A DNA stretch of 64,000 nt from an uncultured delta proteobacterium. Lineage in GTDB: Bacteria > Desulfobacterota > BSN033 > UBA1163. The stretch covers positions 96,001-160,000 of the forward strand of contig CAWHBU010000003.1 of NCBI GenBank assembly GCA_963827685.1, given 5' to 3'. Positions 60,103-64,000 of the stretch are shown here, piece after piece (positions within the stretch are counted from its first letter, which is position 1; each line of letters starts with the position of its first letter). The notes beneath the pieces were generated by a model. That model was given only the letters and a program-made list of their open reading frames with translations, did not search any database and was not told the DNA's origin. The translations under genes and the position numbers were made by a program.

Positions 60103-61299
60103 ATGATCTCACAGGTGATACGGATGGGGCTCCTACAAGAATTGAAAATGCTTGACCTTTCAAGGCTTTTGCCGGGTCCCTACTGCTCTCTTCTCTTAGC
60201 CGATTTGGGGATGGAGGTATTGAAAATCGAAGATCCTGAACAGGGCGACTATACACGAATGATAGGCCCCATTCGGAAAAAGGACAGTGCCATTTTTCTT
60301 GCTTTGAATCGAAACAAAAAAAGCATGAAATTGAACCTCAAGATAAGGGAAGGAAAGGAGATTCTCTACAAGCTCATTCAGTCCTATGACATCCTCTTAG
60401 AGAGTTTCAGGCCAGGGGTGATGGACCGCCTCGGTATCGGTTATCAGGAACTGAAAAAAAGAAACCCCCGTGTTATCCTATGTTCCCTTTCGGGATACGG
60501 GCAGGACGGACCTTATCAAGAGAGGTCCGGTCATGATATCAATTACATCGGCCTGGGAGGAGTGCTTGAGATAACAGGGGCGAAAAATGGGGACCCTGTC
60601 CTCCCGGGAGTTCAAATCGCAGATATCGGTGGAGGGGGAATGATGGCTGCCGTCGCCATTCTCGCTGCGGCCATCCATCGGGAAAAAACAGGTGAGGGGC
60701 AATTCCTGGATATCTCCATGATGGATAGTGTCGTCTCCTGGCTCTCCATCCATGCGGGAAAATATTTCATGGATGGAGAACTCCTGAAACGGGGTGATAT
60801 GCCTTTGACAGGAAGATATGCCTGTTATCAAGTCTATCCAACCAAGGACGGGAGGCACATGTCTCTGGGGGCGCTGGAGCCTAAATTTTGGAAGAACTTC
60901 TGCGAAGCGGTCGGGCGCAGAGACCTGATGGATAAACAATTCATCGAAGGAGAGGAACGGCTTCGTGTCATCGAGGAGATTCAAAATCTTTTCAAGACCA
61001 AAACCCAAGAGGAGTGGGTTGACTTTTTCAAGAAGGTGGATGCATGCTGTGAACCCATCTTAACCTTTGAAGAGGTCTTTCAACATCCACAAGTTCTCCA
61101 TCGACGGATGGTGATGGAGGTCGAACATCCTGTTGAAGGAAACATCCGCCAGTTGGGAAATCCCATCAAATCATCCCAATTCCCTTTTGAGATCCGTACC
61201 CCTTCGCCGGGATGGGGAGAACACACCATGGAGGTTTTGAAAGAAATAGGGTATTCTGAAAAGGAGATCCAACACTTGAAGGAAGTCAAGGCAATTTAA
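60103..61299 (+). CDS. CaiB/BaiF class III CoA-transferase
   Basis: LPGPYC...LADLG, NRNKKS, FRPGV..RLG, SGYGQDGP, GHDINY. Confidence 0.9.
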   Translation: MISQVIRMGLLQELKMLDLSRLLPGPYCSLLLADLGMEVLKIEDPEQGDYTRMIGPIRKKDSAIFLALNRNKKSMKLNLKIREGKEILYKLIQSYDILLESFRPGVMDRLGIGYQELKKRNPRVILCSLSGYGQDGPYQERSGHDINYIGLGGVLEITGAKNGDPVLPGVQIADIGGGGMMAAVAILAAAIHREKTGEGQFLDISMMDSVVSWLSIHAGKYFMDGELLKRGDMPLTGRYACYQVYPTKDGRHMSLGALEPKFWKNFCEAVGRRDLMDKQFIEGEERLRVIEEIQNLFKTKTQEEWVDFFKKVDACCEPILTFEEVFQHPQVLHRRMVMEVEHPVEGNIRQLGNPIKSSQFPFEIRTPSPGWGEHTMEVLKEIGYSEKEIQHLKEVKAI

Positions 61300-61304
61300 A
61301 GAAC

Positions 61305-61408
61305 TGGGATACTGGAATGATTGAACAATGGAATGATGGGTCTAAATACAATGAACCTCTTTTCTTTCTTGCCCATTATTCCATTATTCCAATATTCCAC
61401 TATTCCAT
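61305..61408. repeat. Short-period inverted repeat tract (tggaat/attcca, ~8-nt period)
   Basis: ggaatga..ggaatgatggg ... cccattattccattattccaatattccactattcca. Confidence 0.7.
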
Positions 61409-61426
61409 GGGTTTGTGGTGTTCGTG

Positions 61427-61675
61427 ATGGCCAAAATTGAAATTGATCAAGAGCGGTGCAAGGGATGTGGGCTTTGCACGATTTCTTGCCCAAAAGCGCT
61501 GATTCGGATCGGAGAAGAAATTAATCGTCAGGGATATTTTTATGTCGTTTGGGAGGCAGATGGACAATGCACGGGATGTGCCATTTGCGGGGAGACCTGT
61601 CCTGATGTCGCCATCCGAGTATGGAGGGATAGTGCAGAATCAAGAACCCGAAAAAATATTGGCCAAAGGGAATGA
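61427..61675 (+). CDS. 2x[4Fe-4S] ferredoxin (delta subunit of 2-oxoacid oxidoreductase)
   Basis: CKGCGLC...CP and CTGCAIC...CP. Confidence 0.88.
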   Translation: MAKIEIDQERCKGCGLCTISCPKALIRIGEEINRQGYFYVVWEADGQCTGCAICGETCPDVAIRVWRDSAESRTRKNIGQRE

Positions 61676-62738
61676 AGCAATAGCCATGGCTGCCATTGAT
61701 TCGGGATGTCTCCTCTATTTCGGATATCCCATCACTCCGCAAAATGACATCCCGGAGTACCTTTCCAAGCACCTTCCTGCCCTGGGCGGGGAGTTCATCC
61801 AAGCGGAGAGTGAGATTGCTTCGATCAATTTGCTCTTAGGGGCTTCAGCCACTGGAGCAAGGGCCATGACCTCTTCCTCGAGCCCCGGGATCTCCCTGAT
61901 GCAAGAGGGAATCTCCTATCTGGCAGGAAGTGAACTTCCAGGACTAATCGTTAATATCTCGAGGAGCGGTCCAGGACTGGGTGGAATTTCTCCCTCTCAG
62001 GGAGACTACTTTCAAGCCACACGTGGTGGAGGACATGGAGATTATCGAATGATCGTTCTTGCTCCTTCCTCGATTCAAGAAATGTATGATTTGACCTGTC
62101 TTGCCTTTGATCTTTCCGACAAATACCGGAATCCCGCTATGATTCTTGGAGATGCCCTGATTGGACAGATGAAGGAACCCCTCGTTCGGAGAAGGGGGGC
62201 GAAGATGGACCTCCCGCCGAAAGACTGGGCCCTGACCGGAGCAACAGGGAGAAAACCCCATCGGATTAAATCCCTTTACCTCCAGGACGGCGAACTTTCA
62301 GAACATAATTGGAAACTTTATCAGAAATACGAGCAGATGAAAAAAGAGGAGGTACGCTTTGAAAGTCTTTTTAGTGAAAATGCCAAACTGATGGTTGCCG
62401 CATTCGGAAGTATGGCCAGGGTGTCGAAAACTTCTGTCGAGCTGGCGAGAGAGGAAGGGTTGAAAGTGGGACTCCTCCGGCCTATCACGCTCTTCCCCTT
62501 TCCAGAAAAAGCGCTTTATGACCTCTCTCAGAGGGTCAAGCTATTTTTGACTGTCGAATTAAACACAGGACAGATGCTGGAGGATATAAAGCTCTCGGTG
62601 GGACGGGATGCCCAAGTCTATTTCTATGGAAGGCCTCCAGGCTCTCTCCCTTCCCCGGAAGAGGTATTGGAAGAAATAAAAAAATACTATAAAGAAGCAC
62701 CAAATACCAAGCACCGAATCCCAAATAAACTCCGATGA
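61632..62738 (+). CDS. 2-oxoacid:ferredoxin oxidoreductase alpha subunit (VorB-like)
   Basis: GNEA, GYPITPQ, QAESE, TSSSSPG.SL.QE; GTG start with RBS ggagg. Confidence 0.9.
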   Translation: MQNQEPEKILAKGNEAIAMAAIDSGCLLYFGYPITPQNDIPEYLSKHLPALGGEFIQAESEIASINLLLGASATGARAMTSSSSPGISLMQEGISYLAGSELPGLIVNISRSGPGLGGISPSQGDYFQATRGGGHGDYRMIVLAPSSIQEMYDLTCLAFDLSDKYRNPAMILGDALIGQMKEPLVRRRGAKMDLPPKDWALTGATGRKPHRIKSLYLQDGELSEHNWKLYQKYEQMKKEEVRFESLFSENAKLMVAAFGSMARVSKTSVELAREEGLKVGLLRPITLFPFPEKALYDLSQRVKLFLTVELNTGQMLEDIKLSVGRDAQVYFYGRPPGSLPSPEEVLEEIKKYYKEAPNTKHRIPNKLR

Positions 62739-62835
62739 CCCAAATTCGAAACTTTAAACAAGAACGTTTTGGTCATTTGATATTGGTGCTTTGGATTTGT
62801 TTGGAATTTGTAATTTGGAATCTGGGATTTTCAAC
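62696..62835. repeat. Heptamer-periodic inverted repeat tract
   Basis: aagcaccaaataccaagcacc... / ...ttggtgcttggatt..ttggaatttg. Confidence 0.7.
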
Positions 62836-62871
62836 TCCAGTGCATCAATTCGGTCAATAGGAGAGCCAAAA

Positions 62872-63624
62872 ATGGAGCTTGTCTTCAAACGTCCCGAATG
62901 TCTCATTGATATTCCATTCCATTTCTGCCCAGGATGTCACCACGGCATCGCCCATCGATTGGTGGCAGAGGCAATCGACTATTTTAAGATCAGGGAAAAA
63001 ACAATCGGGGTCGCCTCCGTGGGTTGCTCTGTTTTTATGTATGATTATTTCAATATCGACGTCTTAGAGGCGCCTCATGGGAGAGCTTCGGCCGTGGCCT
63101 CTGGAGTGAAGCGTGCCAGGAAGGATCGAATCGTTTTCACCTACCAGGGAGACGGAGACCTCGCCGCCATTGGGATCGCTGAGGGGATTCATACGGCCAA
63201 TCGTGGTGAAAACATTACCATCATCTTTGCTAACAATGGGATCTACGGGATGACCGGAGGTCAGATGGCGCCTACAACGCTTCTTGGACAAAAAACGAGC
63301 ACGAGCCCTTATGGAAGAGACTTTACTTACGACGGCTATCCCATCCGAATGGCAGAGATGTTAGCGACCTTAGAAGGAAGCGCCTTCGTGGCCAGAGTGG
63401 CCGTAAACAACCCCGGCAATTTGATGAAAGCCAAGCGAGCCATTCGTAAGGCCTTTCAGATACAGATCGATGAAATGGGTTTTTCTTTTGTCGAGGTATT
63501 ATTGGCTTGCCCCACCAATTGGGGGATGACGGCTTTAGAAGCTAATAAGCGGGTCGAAGAAGAGATGATCCCTTACTACCCATTGGGTATTTTAAAAGAA
63601 CGAGAAATGGCGGACTATTTATAA
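62872..63624 (+). CDS. 2-oxoacid:ferredoxin oxidoreductase beta subunit (TPP-binding)
   Basis: FCPGC.HG, VGC, HGRA, GDGD...NN..YGMTGGQ, CPTNW. Confidence 0.92.
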   Translation: MELVFKRPECLIDIPFHFCPGCHHGIAHRLVAEAIDYFKIREKTIGVASVGCSVFMYDYFNIDVLEAPHGRASAVASGVKRARKDRIVFTYQGDGDLAAIGIAEGIHTANRGENITIIFANNGIYGMTGGQMAPTTLLGQKTSTSPYGRDFTYDGYPIRMAEMLATLEGSAFVARVAVNNPGNLMKAKRAIRKAFQIQIDEMGFSFVEVLLACPTNWGMTALEANKRVEEEMIPYYPLGILKEREMADYL

Positions 63625-63789
63625 AAATGTAAATACGAAGCACGAAATTGAAATGAATTAAGGGATTGCGAATTTAGGGACCCCCTCCCCCTCCCCCTTA
63701 CTAAGGGGGAGATTAAGAGGGGGTTCCTAAATTCCTCAATTCCTAAATCAAAGTATCGATATTCGAATTTCGGATTTTCGGTGTGATTC

Positions 63790-64000
63790 ATGAGCAATAA
63801 CCGATTCTATTACGACTTCATTGTTGCTGGATTTGGAGGACAGGGCGTATTGGTCATTGGAAACCTTCTCGCTTACGCTGCTATGAGAGAAGGCAAATTT
63901 GTCACTTACCTCCCTGTTTACGGAGTCGAGATGAGGGGCGGAACGGCCAATTGCACGGTTGTCATCTCTTCTCACCAGATCGGATCTCCTGTGGTGGGAA
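63790..64000 (+). CDS. 2-oxoacid:ferredoxin oxidoreductase gamma subunit (partial)
   Basis: [20 protein letters not shown]; runs off the window edge. Confidence 0.9.
   Translation, partial: MSNNRFYYDFIVAGFGGQGVLVIGNLLAYAAMREGKFVTYLPVYGVEMRGGTANCTVVISSHQIGSPVVG

Noticed and set aside
61620-61675. Frameshift at the ferredoxin C-terminus
   Set aside because: The 44-nt overlap with the alpha subunit is unusual, but both cluster motifs are complete and no indel is needed.

Overview
About 64 kb of what looks like an anaerobic Desulfobacterota/Syntrophales-like (deltaproteobacterial) chromosome; this assignment is inferred from gene content and repeat families only. Most genes are accessory acyl-CoA, aldehyde and organic-acid metabolism: crotonases, SDRs, an in-frame AOR-Fe-ADH fusion, CoA transferases, an AbfD-like protein, a hyi/garR/GntR/Liv-ABC/LarA-like cluster, and a Vor-type 2-oxoacid:ferredoxin oxidoreductase operon running off the right edge. 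Mobile DNA comprises two near-identical IS1182 copies, a second IS1182 type inserted exactly at the GTT of a canonical integron attC site, an IS3, and many REP/MITE elements, some carrying 24-66 bp nested mini-insertions with target duplications. An AT-richer defence island (about 39-50 kb) holds an AvaI/BsoBI-type RM system, a truncated second MTase, an IS3-split SIR2-like gene translationally coupled to a DUF262 gene (candidate uncharacterised defence pair), and an AbiE type IV TA module between ~120-bp direct repeats. Integron-like relics without an integrase occur at 12-41 kb: attC sites, three attI-like motifs, and a three-copy GTT-hairpin/terminator segment plus a three-copy promoter-leader segment. 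The csp gene has a long leader with a terminator/antiterminator switch. Two genes have single-base homopolymer frameshifts, possibly sequencing errors. No rRNA, tRNA or CRISPR array was recognised. All family calls come from motif recognition by eye, not database searches.
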